A DNA stretch of 63,182 nucleotides, filler included, from Choristocarpus tenellus KU-1152 (GCA_964200185.2; 13 parts of 13 records of this genome joined end to end with filler, not necessarily neighbours in it), one strand, 5' to 3'. Positions 1 through 12,914 are shown, counted from the whole stretch's first letter. Notes: generated by a model not told the origin, from the letters alone. A program made the numbers and translations.

Positions 1-333
1 GGTAGAGCCAGATATATGTTTCCATATATTTCAGTTGAGCTCTGCACAACGTTCATGTATGGTAGTCCATGTATGGTAGGGACCTGATATTGGATTATCC
101 GTTGATATATCATATATGGCACGTATGGTAAGTAGATATGATTATTTTCTGATTATCCATGAGGACGTTGCAAATCCCACATGGTAGTCTGCACTGGTCT
201 CACACCCGCATAGTCAGCGGAATCGAGACCACAAGCCCCTTGTAATATTAACTTTGCATATATATACATCAAGCTATTCGTTGTCTTTCATCAAAGCACC
301 AAAGCCGCGGGTCCAGTGTGGAATATTTCAACA
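1..333 (+). mobile_element. LTR-like repeat family 2 (3' part, ends ...GGAATATTTCAACA)
   Basis: Matches 19836-20207 (gtcagcgga.tcgagacca.aagcc...gccgcgggtccagtgtggaatatttcaac) and ~23295-23552; TCAACA end resembles a copia LTR terminus. Confidence 0.65.
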
Positions 334-519
334 CATTATGTAGCGGACTGATTGTTCCTGGGACGTTGTGCTGATTGACGAGGCTAGTAGTGAGCAAGTA
401 ATTGTCCAAGATATCTTCCAGTAACCCCACCAAGGTCACCAACTTCCCCACATTCGCTGGGAAGTAGAGAGAGGATTTCTTCGGTTTTGCAGTTCATTCT
501 TGGGTCATCCGAAGTGTTT

Positions 520-916
520 GTAGCTGCGACCTTGCGCTACTTGAACCTGACATAGTCTGTGAAGGGTCGATTTGGACGTGGAGTCTATGAAGGCACCTGA
601 ATCGACAAGTTCAACCGCACCCAGGTTCAAAGGAGAGAGCGTGAGTGCTTCAGCAGCCATGGTAACATTAGGAGACGGTGTGCCAGCTGCATCAGTGCTT
701 AACGTCTCCAATCGTGGAGATGGATGGCGAAAACTGAATGATCACGCCCTTGTTTCGGGGGGCGATTAGTAAAGCTGCTGGTAGAAAGGGTCGAGGAAAG
801 GGCTGTGTAGTCTGTTTTATGTGTGGCAAAGATGGCCACATGAAGTGCGACTGCCCCAACCTCGATTGGGCTACAAGACTGTGGGGGATGAAGACCAAGG
901 AGGAAGATGCATGAGA
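520..916 (+). pseudogene. Retrotransposon gag remnant with CCHC zinc knuckle
   Basis: 813-854 translates CFMCGKDGHMKCDC (CX2CX4HX4C), preceded by GRKGRGKG; surrounding frame has stops. Confidence 0.7.
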
Positions 917-1378
917 TGCTACAGTGTGCCCCCTGGAACTCACCTCCACAGGATATGCAACTTAAATCCAACGACCTTAAAACGACGCTACGTGGGGGTT
1001 CACAGATGATGACCATGTATGGTGTCAGTTGATGCTTAGCTCAGTCAATGTCTTGCTTTTCGCTTTATCAAAAGAGGGGTAAGGATCAAAGAACTGAGTG
1101 TGTAGTCAACGACTCAGCCTTTTATTAACATCATTAACCGTTTTTCTACAGCCAAAGAGTTAAGTGACGACTGCAAACTGCTATGTAAATACTCCAATCA
1201 CAAATCTCTAATCTGCAACTTTCAGGAATTGACATCTATTCTGTAAGGTTATGTATGCATTTCGAATCTTACTCTACATCTTCTATCAATTCAAAGTTCC
1301 TCTTATATGAATTCTTACGTATGTATACTGTTCGGGCATTTTGGCACACAGAAATGCTCGCGCTATTCGCCTGTAACA
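917..1378. mobile_element. LTR-like repeat family 1 (TG(T/C)TACAG...CTGTAACA), ~460 bp
   Basis: Closely similar to 8050-8513; TG...CA ends with 8-bp terminal inverted repeat. Confidence 0.75.
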
Positions 1379-1725
1379 GATGTATTAAGGGAGATTTTGT
1401 TGATTGTAGGAGACGCTATATGCATTGCTAAGGGCCCTGCCATTTCATGGATTGTGGGAGACGCAACATGGCATTGCTAAGGAACTGCAGGAGAAATATC
1501 CGATAATGTTTCCACTGGAGACTACGATAGGAAGGTAGATATGAGATGGGATCTGTGTTCCAGTGACTTGCAGTAGTGATGTACTAGGGAGGTTTTGTTG
1601 ATTGTAGGAGACGCTATATGCATTGCTAAGGGCCCTGCAATTTCATGGTTTGTGGGAGAGACGCAACATGGCATTGCTAAGGACCTGCAGGAGAAAGTAC
1701 CTGATAATGTTTCCACGTGAGACCG
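1379..1725. repeat. Tandem duplication, period ~200 bp
   Basis: gatgta.ta(a)gggag.ttttgttgattgtaggagacgctatatgcattgctaagggccctgc occurs at ~1379 and ~1579. Confidence 0.85.
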
Positions 1726-1930
1726 TAGTAGGACAAAGGTTTTTAGATTGATGACTGTTTTTTTGTACCTATACAGACCCAACGTCAACATTGATGTAAG
1801 GATATATTTGTTGCATAGTTTTTGAGAGAGTTAGCAGAAGTATAATGGTTTTGGTCAGGAGTATGGTCTTGATTATTTCGAGACCTCTGCCCCCACTCCT
1901 TCCCCCTCATCAGTTAGACTNNNNNNNNNN

Positions 1931-2822
1931 CTGATGGCCAGTATGGCATGTGAGTTGAACTTGCCTTTGTGGCACCTAGATGTGGAGCAAGCATTTGTTC
2001 AATCTGACTTGGATGAGGAAGTGTACATGCGCCTCCGACACAGTGATGTAGATATCTCTCCTATATGACTGTATGCCTTCACAAGTCGCTGTCTGGTTTA
2101 AAGCAAGCCTCTAGGACTTGGAATACCAAGCTGGTTTCCACCCTTTAGCGCCATGGTTTTGAGCAGAGTCTGATTGACCCGTGTATATTTAGACTCAGGA
2201 GGGATGGTGTTGTCAAGATGATGCTTGCCGTTCATGTTGATGATATGATGGTTTTGGCGTCTGGTGATGACTGCAATGATCTTTGTGCTTCCCTGAATGA
2301 AGAGTTCCCAACCAAAAACCTTGGCTTATTACCTCAGTTTTCTGGTTGCATTTACACAAGATATTGGAAGCGTGGTACCCTCTCCATTACTCAGACTAAC
2401 TACATTGCAGCTTGTGTGAACGTTTTCCCATCCAATCAACCACTCCCATCCCTGCAGCCCGGTCCAGAAAGCTTGGAATTAGGGAGGGGGACAAGATCTC
2501 AAAGGATTGTCCCTTCCAAGAGGCGGTTGTAGGGTTGATGTAGGTCAGCAACATGACCAGGCTAGATGTGGCTAATGCAGTAAGAGCTGTTGCCTGTCAT
2601 TCGCATGCTCCGAGCCAAGTACATTGGAGAGCTGTGGCCCAGATCCTCAAGTATCTCAAAGGGACGTGAGAGTTGGATCTAACCTACCAGAAAGGCACAG
2701 GATTGGACTTGATGATCTACGCTGATGCGGATTTTGCCAATGAGTCCTTTGACAGTCGTTCTGTATCGGGGGGGCAGTGATGTGTGGGGGGGCAGCAGTT
2801 GCTTGACTTTCCAGGACCCAAC
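1931..2822 (+). mobile_element. Ty1/copia reverse transcriptase-RNase H, decayed
   Basis: HLDVEQAFVQSDLDEEVYM, GLKQASRTWN, DPCIF, VHVDDM, TRLDVANAV, HWRAVAQILKYLKGT, YADADFA...SRSVSG; several stops and frameshifts. Confidence 0.93.
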
Positions 2823-2921
2823 NNNNNNNNNNNNNNNNNNNNNNNNNNNNNNNNNNNNNNNNNNNNTTAATTAATTAANNNNNNNNNNNNNNNNNNNNNN
2901 NNNNNNNNNNNNNNNNNNNNN
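2823..2921. other. Artificial contig linker (N run + TTAATTAATTAA + N run); same linker at 7593-7692, 12322-12421, 14965-15064, 23616-23715, 29722-29821, 39782-39881, 42965-43064, 47616-47715, 52052-52151, 57341-57440, 60411-60510
   Basis: Identical ~100-nt N-flanked palindrome carrying stop codons in all six frames; many flanking contig ends are poly-G/poly-C runs. Confidence 0.97.
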
Positions 2922-5196
2922 NGGGGGAGTGTAGGAGAGGTGGGGGGGTGGGGGGGGGGGGGGGGGGGGGATGGAAAGAATGGTTACAACTGCTAGTGGC
3001 TGGAAGTGCCTTGATATTTTACAGATCGACAGGCAGACATTGTGTACTCACTTCAGGGAAAGGGTGCTGGCACTACCGCTATCTCTTACAGAGAGCTGGG
3101 AGGGTATGGGGGAAGATCAATGTTGGCGCTCTCAAGGGGTTACTTGTGCGGATGCCCATTTGCAGGAGGGACTGCTCATGAGGGATGAGGAGGTCTTTCT
3201 TCTGAACTTGAGATATAGACAGATAATTGGATGCTCCATGCCTTGTGGTTCATGCGAAGACCTCTTGCCCAGTTTAAATGTGCCTTGAAATCTGGGTGAC
3301 AGTTTTTGTGTTTTTTCTCAAGCATGCAATTTTGTTACGGTACTTGTGTAAAAAATACAAAAATGCATGTAAAAAATACAAAATTGCATGTAAATAATAC
3401 AAATATAAGTTTTGAAGACACCTGCTCTAACAATCTGCGAGAAGCCTCACAAGTACTTATGTAATGTGTTACTACCCCTTGCAAGGATACATTTGATCAT
3501 ACACTATTGCACTGTCTGCGGTTGGGGTTGTTTTGAGAAGAGTGGAAGACGTGAAATACTGGTTTAGCAATGTGTAACATGTTCGAAGTCTTAAATCTCT
3601 TAACTTTCTTCCCTTGGTGTTGTTGTTGAGCACATGCATCCTTCCTCCCTTTTGTGGAACTGATGGCGCTGCGTTGTTCAAAGTGCATCATTCATGGTAC
3701 AGACTGTGCATCATACTATGTACCTGAATGAATCCAGTTCCCCCCTATCATGTTGAAATAGACTACTTTCTTGAAGCAGTAAGTGGTGTTGAGCAGAGAG
3801 TTGTTTTTAACTCAGGAGCATATCCCTAAGTTTGCTTTGGAGAGAGAGGACATAGATCAGATACAGTGTAAGGCAATGTTTGCAATGAACAGGCCTTTTC
3901 TTGACTGCAGGGCTTGCCTTTTAGGTTTTTCCTAGTTATATCTCTTTCACTGCCTAGTTGTGTAGTTCAGTAGAGTGTGTCCTGTGTGTCTTGTGTGCCT
4001 CTGGAGTGATAACCTCTAAAATCACTTAGGTATCTTGTCTGATTTCGTTGGCAAGACAGTGACACAACCAATATACCTACACCTTGTGCCTAAGCCTATT
4101 TCCTCGATTACTGCTATATTGTCTCTTCAACCAACGTACTTTTTGTGGTGACAATCCCCAATTTTTCCCAACTTTTCAGGGCCTTGCACCGGATGGACAG
4201 TTAACTGTTGATGTTTTTTATGCCCTGACCCGGCCCAGGTAAATCACGTTTTACCTGGGCCAGCCCTCTGAAAATGATTTGATGTCTTAAGTCAGTCCTG
4301 TAGGTGAAGGAGTCAATACTGGTGTTCACAACTGCCTTTTAAAATCTATATTTTAATCTGTGTATGAAATTACATAAATGTGTAATACAATCTCAGGCAG
4401 AGGAAGCACTTTTAATACAAATGCACAAACAGCACCCTAGACATTCTGAAAAATAATAATCAGACAAACAAAAAAAGAAGAAATGGATACACGCCTTCCA
4501 TTTTTCCCCATTGAATAGCTTTGAAACAAGTGAAATGTGTAACTGCCACAAGAAATGTGTCACGTGTTTCATGCTTTTCACTTGTTTCACAGGCAGGCAG
4601 GCTAACTTTGTACGGATGTACACACCTTGTGTCTTAAACACTGCATTGAAATTTGATTATCATACGTTTGTACAATCGTTCACTATTTATGATCATTCAC
4701 TATTCCTGTGCAAACAACCTGCGCCGCCCTGTGGCCTGTCCCCATCTTTTGCCATGTCATGCCCTGACCTGAACCTTTAAGATATATTTTTTCCAAGCCA
4801 GTTGTGGCCTGGCCCTGTTAAAACCCCTATGGCCTGACTGTCGGAAATTCTTTTTATGGAGCCATCTTGCAATCCGACTCCATTACAGTTACGTGGCCCA
4901 GTGTAAAGTCCTGCAATTTTCTGCCTGATGCCAACCAGAAATCTTAACACTTGAGATGTTGCTCTGAAACACAATCAGGATTGTTTGGAGAAGTCATGTA
5001 GTCTATGTGCGGGTTCAATTCCATTTCTATTTATTATATTTTGTTGTGACCTTGAAGTGTTATGGTGATGCATGACACAGTACCCTAGGGAAGAGGTCCT
5101 ACGTATATTACAATATTACAACATAACAATACTACTTCGCTCGTGCTCTTCTCTCACAGTCTCGCACTATCTTGTACCCCTCCTGATCCAATGCAG

Positions 5197-7398
5197 CATC
5201 CTCATTTTGGAAAGGAGGGAGAAAGGGCTCGATACTGTGGTGCTCACAGGCTTGATGGCATGTTCAATGTGAAGCACCGTTGCTGCGCTGTCAAGTCTTG
5301 CCGGGGTAGGGTGGCAACCGCTGATGGGGAGAGGTCAAAGTATTGTATTCTTCACCTCAAACATGCAAGCAAAGAGGCAGCATCAGTGGTGGGATCATCT
5401 GGGCAGGAGACTGAATCCTCCGTAACACCAGGCCCTACTCTTCTGCCCAGTCATTATTCTACCCCCAGTTTCCTGCCCAATCCCCTGCCCCCACCACCAA
5501 CAAGATTAGATGTTGAGGGCAACGGCAGCAGAGGAATAGGTGGAGGGGGTATTGGTGGTGTCGTTACAGGTGTTGATAGTGCAGTTGGAGGTGCTGGGGC
5601 TACTACGCCAGGTGCTGTTGGGCTGGGGGTGCTGCCTCCAAGTGTAGGGCTGCCGCCAAGTATAGGACACAGACAGTCCTTTGGCATGTGGCCACCAGTA
5701 GAAATGGTGCATATGGTGGCTAAGGATTTCAACACCGACTTTTCAACATTAGGGAAACGACAGCGTACTGCCAGGGAAATCCACACCCCCATACATGGGC
5801 CTGGGCATGAAATAGGACTGGAGAAGCCGCGGTGGCAGCAGCTTCCCCGGCCACCGTACTCGCCTGGTGTGAAGGGACCAGGCCGGGCACTCCCTCTGCC
5901 ATACTCTCCCATGCCAAAAATGCCCTTGCGAAGGCCACTACCGTTGCAACCACTGCCCCCGCCACATATGCAGAGGTCGGGGGCCATGACCGAGGGCAGT
6001 GGAAACTTGCATCCATCTATTCCACATGCAACGATATCGTCCATGCAGGAAGATGTAAAGGTTAGCCCAGGTGGGACTGGGCCGTGGGTGCTGAGGTCTC
6101 AGCCAATGTCAATGGTTGGAGCTGTGGGTGTTGGGTCTACAGGGCCTGGGTTTGGGACAGTGCCATCATCAGCAGGCCTGGTGGGTGGGGGAGACTCTTC
6201 ATCAGTACGACAGCTGCAGTTCCCGCAACAGCAGGAGCAGCAGCAGTCCCACAGGTCTGATCTTGCCCCAAAACTGGCATTTCCTATCCCTGGAGTTGGT
6301 GGAGATGGGAGTCCAATGCACCGGCAGCACCACCATGCACAAGATGCCTTGGTAGCCAAGGCACGCCACAGTCTTGAACCAGGATATCTGGCAGGACTAA
6401 TGGGGGCACCATGGGAAGACACCTTTAGCAGCAGCAGCAGCAGCAGCAGGCAACAGCCCCTGCCTGTGGATAATACAAGACTCCCTGGACTTGGTTCATC
6501 GTCCCCTTCTACTGTTGGTGGCTCTTTTGCAGGTGTTGGTGCCATCATTACCAGCACTTCTGCCGGTCCCTCCACAGATGGGTCCGCTGCTGCCACAACC
6601 TTGTTTTCCTCTTTCTCCCTCTCCACCATCTCCACACAGCCAACACCACCGCTCCCACCGCCCCTGCCGCTTCTGCCTGGCATATCAGGCCTTCGGCGCA
6701 AGTGGCCCCCGCCAGGAGGTGTTGGTGTTCATGGGGTGGTGCGACCAATACCTCGTCCAGCCTCGTTCAAGACTGCAACACCCCTTAAGATGGAGGGATC
6801 CCTTGGTTCAGGGACTCTTCTGCAGGCAAGGGCAGGGGAGTTGGTTGGGCCAGGCATCCCCCAACGTGTACATCAACCATCCAATCCCCGTGGTGTGGTT
6901 GCTCCACTGGAAGCCCACCAACCTTCTCATGACCCTAGCATATTGCCTGGGTCTGGGGCTGGTTGGGTGGAGGGGGGAAATGGGTCTAATGCTGGACTCA
7001 AAGTGGGCTGGACTGAGGGGTTAACAATGGCAACAGCACCAGTTGGTGGGTTTGGCTCCTCTGTTTCCGCTGTGGGTGCAGGCACTTTTCACTCAACCGT
7101 CAAGAACGATTGGTCACTGATGAGATCCCTTGGCCTTTCAAATCCATACGACCCTGGGGGTAGTGGCCTGATGCCTAAGGGCAGCGCTGGACATTATGCT
7201 CCCTCTTATGGAAGTGGCAGTGGTTATTCTGGTGGTGGCAGTGTTGGTGGTAGCAGAAGCAATGCCGAAAGGCGAGTTGGAGAGGAGGACTTTCCTTGGG
7301 TGTTAAGGAGTCGTGAAGAGATTGGACAGAGGGATGGAGAAGAAGAGAGTGGGTGGAAAGGGGATGGAGGGACAAGGGAGGGGAGTTCTTTCTCTTAA
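5197..7398 (+). CDS. Terminal exon of an EsV-1-7 cysteine-rich-motif protein with a ~680-aa Gly/Pro/Ser low-complexity tail (5' exons not identified)
   Basis: Polypyrimidine tract + TGCAG acceptor at 5196, phase 0; HPHFGKEGERARYCGAHRLDGMFNVKHRCCAVKSC...KYCILH fits the EsV-1-7 repeat; 2.2-kb open frame to TAA. Confidence 0.8.
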   Translation, partial: HPHFGKEGERARYCGAHRLDGMFNVKHRCCAVKSCRGRVATADGERSKYCILHLKHASKEAASVVGSSGQETESSVTPGPTLLPSHYSTPSFLPNPLPPPPTRLDVEGNGSRGIGGGGIGGVVTGVDSAVGGAGATTPGAVGLGVLPPSVGLPPSIGHRQSFGMWPPVEMVHMVAKDFNTDFSTLGKRQRTAREIHTPIHGPGHEIGLEKPRWQQLPRPPYSPGVKGPGRALPLPYSPMPKMPLRRPLPLQPLPPPHMQRSGAMTEGSGNLHPSIPHATISSMQEDVKVSPGGTGPWVLRSQPMSMVGAVGVGSTGPGFGTVPSSAGLVGGGDSSSVRQLQFPQQQEQQQSHRSDLAPKLAFPIPGVGGDGSPMHRQHHHAQDALVAKARHSLEPGYLAGLMGAPWEDTFSSSSSSSRQQPLPVDNTRLPGLGSSSPSTVGGSFAGVGAIITSTSAGPSTDGSAAATTLFSSFSLSTISTQPTPPLPPPLPLLPGISGLRRKWPPPGGVGVHGVVRPIPRPASFKTATPLKMEGSLGSGTLLQARAGELVGPGIPQRVHQPSNPRGVVAPLEAHQPSHDPSILPGSGAGWVEGGNGSNAGLKVGWTEGLTMATAPVGGFGSSVSAVGAGTFHSTVKNDWSLMRSLGLSNPYDPGGSGLMPKGSAGHYAPSYGSGSGYSGGGSVGGSRSNAERRVGEEDFPWVLRSREEIGQRDGEEESGWKGDGGTREGSSFS

Positions 7399-7492
7399 TC
7401 TATGCTTGCCCTCCCCACTTGTGTAGACAATACATGATGTGGTTGTTGGTGTATACTTGCTCTTTGCCTGGGTCTGGTAACAGCCAGCGGGG

Positions 7493-7532
<40 letters not shown>

Positions 7533-8049
7533 CGGGCGCGGCGCATGACAAGCGCTCACAGTTGTGCAAAAGAAGGGTCTGGGGGGGGGGGGNNNNNNNN
7601 NNNNNNNNNNNNNNNNNNNNNNNNNNNNNNNNNNNNTTAATTAATTAANNNNNNNNNNNNNNNNNNNNNNNNNNNNNNNNNNNNNNNNNNNNCGAAAAAC
7701 AGATCGGGAATGTGAGTGTACGAATGGTGAGGAAGAACTACCTAGGCAACGTCTATACCATGGCGGTCAAAAACCACTCATTTACGACTATAAGTGGATG
7801 ATGTGGCAGTCAGAGACCACTCATTGTATAACAATGAAGGATGATGGTTACCTCGGAGCCACAGATGCCATCACACCCATGGAGACGACGAGTCCAAGAA
7901 AAAAACCCTGCAGATGCCGAATGAAGAATGCAAACCCAACTGGGAAAAGGAAAGAAACCAGGCGGACGTAGGAAGCTACAAAGAATCCTAAGTGTCGAGG
8001 TGAATACGGAGTACTCTCTTCAGTGTGAAGAGAGGCGGTAGGACCTCCA

Positions 8050-8513
8050 TGTTACAGTGCGCCCCCGAACTCACCTCCACAGGGTATGCAACTCAAATCC
8101 AATGAACTTAAAACGACGCTACGCGAGGGTCTACAGATGATGACCACGTATGGTGTCGGTTGATGCTTAGCTCAGTTGATGTCTCACTTTTTGGTTTATC
8201 AAAAGAGGGTAGGAATCAAAGAACTGAGTCGTGTGGTCAACAACTCAGCCTTATATTAACATCATTCACCGTTTTCCTACAGCCAAAGAGTTAAATGATG
8301 TCTGCAAACTGCTGTGTAAATACTCCAATCAAAAATCTTTATTCTGCAACTTTCAGGAATTGACATCTATTATGTAAGGCTATGTATGCATTTCGAATCT
8401 TACTCTGCATCTTCTATCAATTCAAAGTTCCTCTTATATGAATTCTTATGTTTGTACACTGCTCGGGCATTTTGACACGCAGAAAGAAATGCTCACGCTA
8501 TTCGCCTGTAACA
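8050..8513. mobile_element. LTR-like repeat family 1, second copy
   Basis: TGTTACAG...CTGTAACA; colinear with 917-1378. Confidence 0.75.
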
Positions 8514-9092
8514 ATACTATTTCTGCTGAGAGGGGTGCTAAATGTGGATTCTCTAGTGATGGTGTCAGAGGGTCCTTGTCCCGGGTAAGGTTGATGGCTG
8601 AGATATCTACTTCTGAATCCACATTGTAGATCCTTGTACCTTCCTCCACTGGTTGCGTATGTTCACCAGCTGGTGCACTAGTGCATATTGGGTATCTGAG
8701 AAGGGTGTCAGGGGGGTTTCTCCACATCCAGCTGGTTCGGGAGCGTTATGAGGCATTCTGTGATACTTGGATGATCAGGTCGTGGATTTCGCTACTGCTT
8801 GCCACTCGCCTAGGGCTGACTGGGGTACACTGTTATAGCGAGATCTGGGTACCACAGATCGAACAAAAGGTATCCACGGTGATTGTGAAGGAATATTGCA
8901 CCCCTTAGGATATGCTGCTTGCAACGTACCCTTGCCTGCTTGACTGAGGTGCGGGAAGTCGTTGCTACCCCTCCAGAGAGTAGTGCTACGCCAAGAAGCA
9001 GACAAGATGTAATTCCCACCCAGTGCACCTGTGTCAAGGAGTATTTGTACAGGCATTCTCGAGCGGACTTTGCGCAGATGCCGTAGCAGAGA
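8514..9092 (-). pseudogene. Ty3/gypsy-type aspartic protease remnant
   Basis: PVQILLDTGALGGNYI (retropepsin DTG motif) in ORF 8775-9056; frameshifted downstream. Confidence 0.6.
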
Positions 9093-9965
9093 TGTTACAG
9101 CACACTCCAGAAGCTTACCTCCACAGGATGTATAACTCTAATCTACATGCCAATAAATGACGCTGATGGTCGTACAAGCTTGCCAGAAAACTCCGACGGT
9201 CAATAGGTCCAACACACAGGTTAATGAACATCAGCTCAGCAGAACAGCCGTCATTTTCTCAATCAATATCAGTATATTGTGGAAAGCATGTTTGTCTGTT
9301 GTTATACCGTTGTTGTTGTATGCCATATACCATAATATAATTGTATTGACTGGGGTTCCTTGTCAAGCATCCATGGTTCCACTGGCGAACCTTCCGTCAG
9401 AATGAAAAACATGGAATCTCTTCACGAGACCAATCCCACAGACTTGGGACAGCTCGTCATTGAGAGTTGTCACACATGGAAGGTCCACTTCGTTCTCATG
9501 TCTTGACTTGTGGTGATGCAGCCCCATCTTTAAAGATGCTCATCACACCTCGTTTTATGCTTGTCCAACCTTAACCTCGTACCCTTGGTTATGGTTCGTC
9601 TTTGTTCGTCTGATCTGTCTTGCCTGGGATTCTCTTCGCCACCCTTGTCTGAGTGAACCACGCCGCAATAGAATCACACGATTCACAATATCTGGATTTG
9701 GTATCGGAATTAAGAAAAGTGATTAGAGGGCATTGATTATGCAAGGTTCTTTTATTATTTCTTTCATCGTCATTTACCGTTTATTTGTCTTGGCTAACAG
9801 AAGTTGGAATACATTTGAAGATCGTTACAACACTCCCACGTTACAGATCTTACTCTGCAACCTTTAGCAAATCGGAGTTCCTCTTTACAAGGTTCCTACG
9901 TGTGTATATTGCTTGCGCTTGTTAGAACGTGATAAGAAATACTCGCGCAATATTCGCCTGTAACG
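9093..9965. mobile_element. Longer variant of LTR-like family 1
   Basis: Starts TGTTACAG...acctccacaggat, ends tattcgcctgtaacg; both ends match family 1 while the middle differs. Confidence 0.55.
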
Positions 9966-12914
9966 TGCCCCCTAGCGTGAACTAGGAATACATGTTTCAC
10001 GCTTATTACAGGCGATAATCATGGATCAGAATGTTGAATATCATCTGTCACCTTAGATCATGCTGCGGCAGCATGAATAATTACCATTTGGTAGCATAGG
10101 GGCTCCAGTTCCGACTCTGCCAGTTGTTTCCAACATAGAGACTCCAGTTCCACATTAACCCATGGATTCTAACAGTGAGCAACAAATCTCCTTGTTTCCT
10201 TTGAGATTGGATCCCCAAAAGTCGTATAACACCGTCAAAATCAATATATGTCGGACCAGATTAGAGTATATACTTTCAAAAAAAAAAATATATATATATA
10301 TATATAACTCCAACCAGACCCAAAATAGGTCGACAATATCCTTGTTTCCTTGGCAAAATCTGTCCCAAAGGTCACAGAATACCATCGGATTCAGTTTACA
10401 TCTGCCCTAATTTGAGTATACACTTGCTCCTTTCTGAAACACATCTTTAGAATTTACTAAATATTTATCTTTAACAAACCCTAAAATGAATGGGTCCCCA
10501 GTTCCGATCTTCCCAGTTACAAATGTAAGCTCTATATCAAGGGATAGATTATACTCTTCATGACCTACTTGACATCTGATTATTGCCTTTCCTATGCCCC
10601 CCAAGCATAAAGTGCACTCAAGGGGCTGCTAGAGCGCAAAGCAGGTAATGAAAAAAATAAATAAATAAAGGTCAATGAAAGCCAAAAACAAAAAATAGAA
10701 CGACAATAAAAATAAATAAAAATAAATAAATAATAATAAATAAATAATAATAATTGTTAAACAAATAGAAACAACCCGACAGGTTGTTCGTAATGAAGGG
10801 GAGTGAGAAGACGCACAGGAGGCAAGGAAAAGGAGAGAGACAAATCAAGAGGAAGAGCAATACCTCATAATATCACTCGGGAAAGGAGTGAACAAGTGGT
10901 AAGTGAATGATGGGGGTTTGTAAGGTCCAAACCTCCCGATCACTTCAAGGAGATGATGCCTTCAAGATGCAAAAACAAATGCCATATGAATATCATATTA
11001 TTCAAGATAGGTTACCTTCAGGGCATACCTTCTTTGGAAGATGACTCTCACATCACACACACACAACCCCTACGTGGTTTGATGCAGGTATCAAAGCAAC
11101 ACAGGTATGATTGGGAAATGGAGGAAATGTGTGTGCAGAAAAACTGACATGAGCTTGAAGAAAAAAATTGTCTCTCAACAAGGAAATAATGTCTTGCAAG
11201 ACAGTTGTGAACACAATAATATCTGAATGTTTGCTAAAAAAAGCAGAGCAAAAAAGAGTTTTTCGTGAGGCCTCGCATCTTAGCACTTCTAACTAAGATT
11301 GACTTGGTGGCAACCAAATCAGTTCCGCTTTACGTCAATCAGGGGTGAGATAATAACACATATCTGGGCAAATGGAACGATCACGATTTCGATGTATTAG
11401 ATATGACTACGTCTGGTCAAGTCTTCAACGCGAAAAGGGGCATGGGCAAGGACTACCTAGTCTTAGCCTAGAATTCTGTTTTCTCCATCAAGGAGATACA
11501 GATGCAAAAACATGGACCATCATCTTCAATGAGGAGGACAAAATAACACAAGAGACTCCTAGAGGGAGCGCAGAAATCATGATCAAATTACAGCTGTATA
11601 GCTGTAGCACCAATCATTATATACTTGCGTAAACAAAATTCAACAGCATATCACATGGATGTTCAAATTAATCAGTAAAAAATAACTTCGAAAAAGAAAG
11701 TCAATTTTAAACCGTGGACAAACACGGGGATGGAGTTGGCCATACACCATCACTTGAAATAACTGTTGAACACGACAGTTGTCCTCCCCTTAAAAACAAG
11801 AATAATTAAAGAGTAAAAAAAATAAAACAAGTGTGCAAGAGTCCGTTGGAAAAAATGAACTCGGGTCTTCTCCGCTCATACATGGGTGCACATGTAAACA
11901 AAAATTGAACTTGCGATAAGTTAATATTGGCCAGAACAAACATCCATGTAGTATATATATATTGACATATATATATTGAATTTCGTGAGGCAGGGTCCAA
12001 TCAGTGGTAGGGGGTGTTCAGAATCACCAGTTGTGTCCTGGTGGGGTTCTTCCAGCAAACTCAAAGCTCTCTCGGTCATCAAATCTTAGGAAAGGTTTGA
12101 TGGGGTCTCAGATCGGACGGGTGATATCCCATCTTTGTGAGCATTCAACCGTAAGTGGTGTGAGGGTCCTCAAACTTTTCTGTGTTTAATATTGGTGGGA
12201 ACTTCACCAATGACAAAGAAATGTGCGCAATACACTTGTGTGTGTGCGCGCGGATGTGGGTTGGACTGAGATCAAGTCCCAAAGGGACCTGTCCATCACA
12301 TCACCCCCCCCCCCAGTGTGANNNNNNNNNNNNNNNNNNNNNNNNNNNNNNNNNNNNNNNNNNNNTTAATTAATTAANNNNNNNNNNNNNNNNNNNNNNN
12401 NNNNNNNNNNNNNNNNNNNNNCCCTCCCTTCCCCCCTCTCACTTACGCGTGTCTACCTGAAGGGCCGAATGCTGTACTTGTCCACCTCTCCTTTAATAGC
12501 ATCTCTCATTGCGCATTCTGTGCTATGTAACATTGAATGTTCCAAGACTTTCTTCAACAAGATGATATATGTGTATGTATATATATATATCTATACATAT
12601 ATAAATCTAATTCCCCCGCAAAGATTTAAGATAGTGGAGCTCCGGTGATACGAACTCTGTACAAAGCAAAAAGGACTAACTTTTTCCAACATGCTCACTC
12701 AGTTCCGATTTGCAAGAAAGAATAAAAAAGCTCTTCAGGAATCTGCCGCCCTCCTTTCCCCTTTTTTGCAGCGTAAGGACGATGTGTAATCTACTGGGGT
12801 CAGAGGGGGACCATGTTTTAACACACTCGACATATCTATTCACCTAGTCGTGTTGCAACAACCATGCCGGTTGAATCCCCGAGGTGCAATGCAACCACCA
12901 CTATCATCAAATCA

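Noticed and set aside
2867-2878. Recurrent palindrome TTAATTAATTAA as a biological motif (e.g. piggyBac target)
   Set aside because: Always embedded in fixed-length N runs; assembly linker
5197-5360. Endogenous phaeovirus insertion
   Set aside because: The motif lies in a spliced host-type exon; I saw no viral hallmark genes or gene-dense intronless block
5454-7024. Several 60-200 aa ORFs overlapping the EsV-1-7 exon
   Set aside because: Shadow ORFs of a GC-rich low-complexity exon
7489-7592. Poly-G tracts as functional G-quadruplexes or poly-Gly/Pro ORFs
   Set aside because: Homopolymers at contig ends with unreliable length; no supporting context
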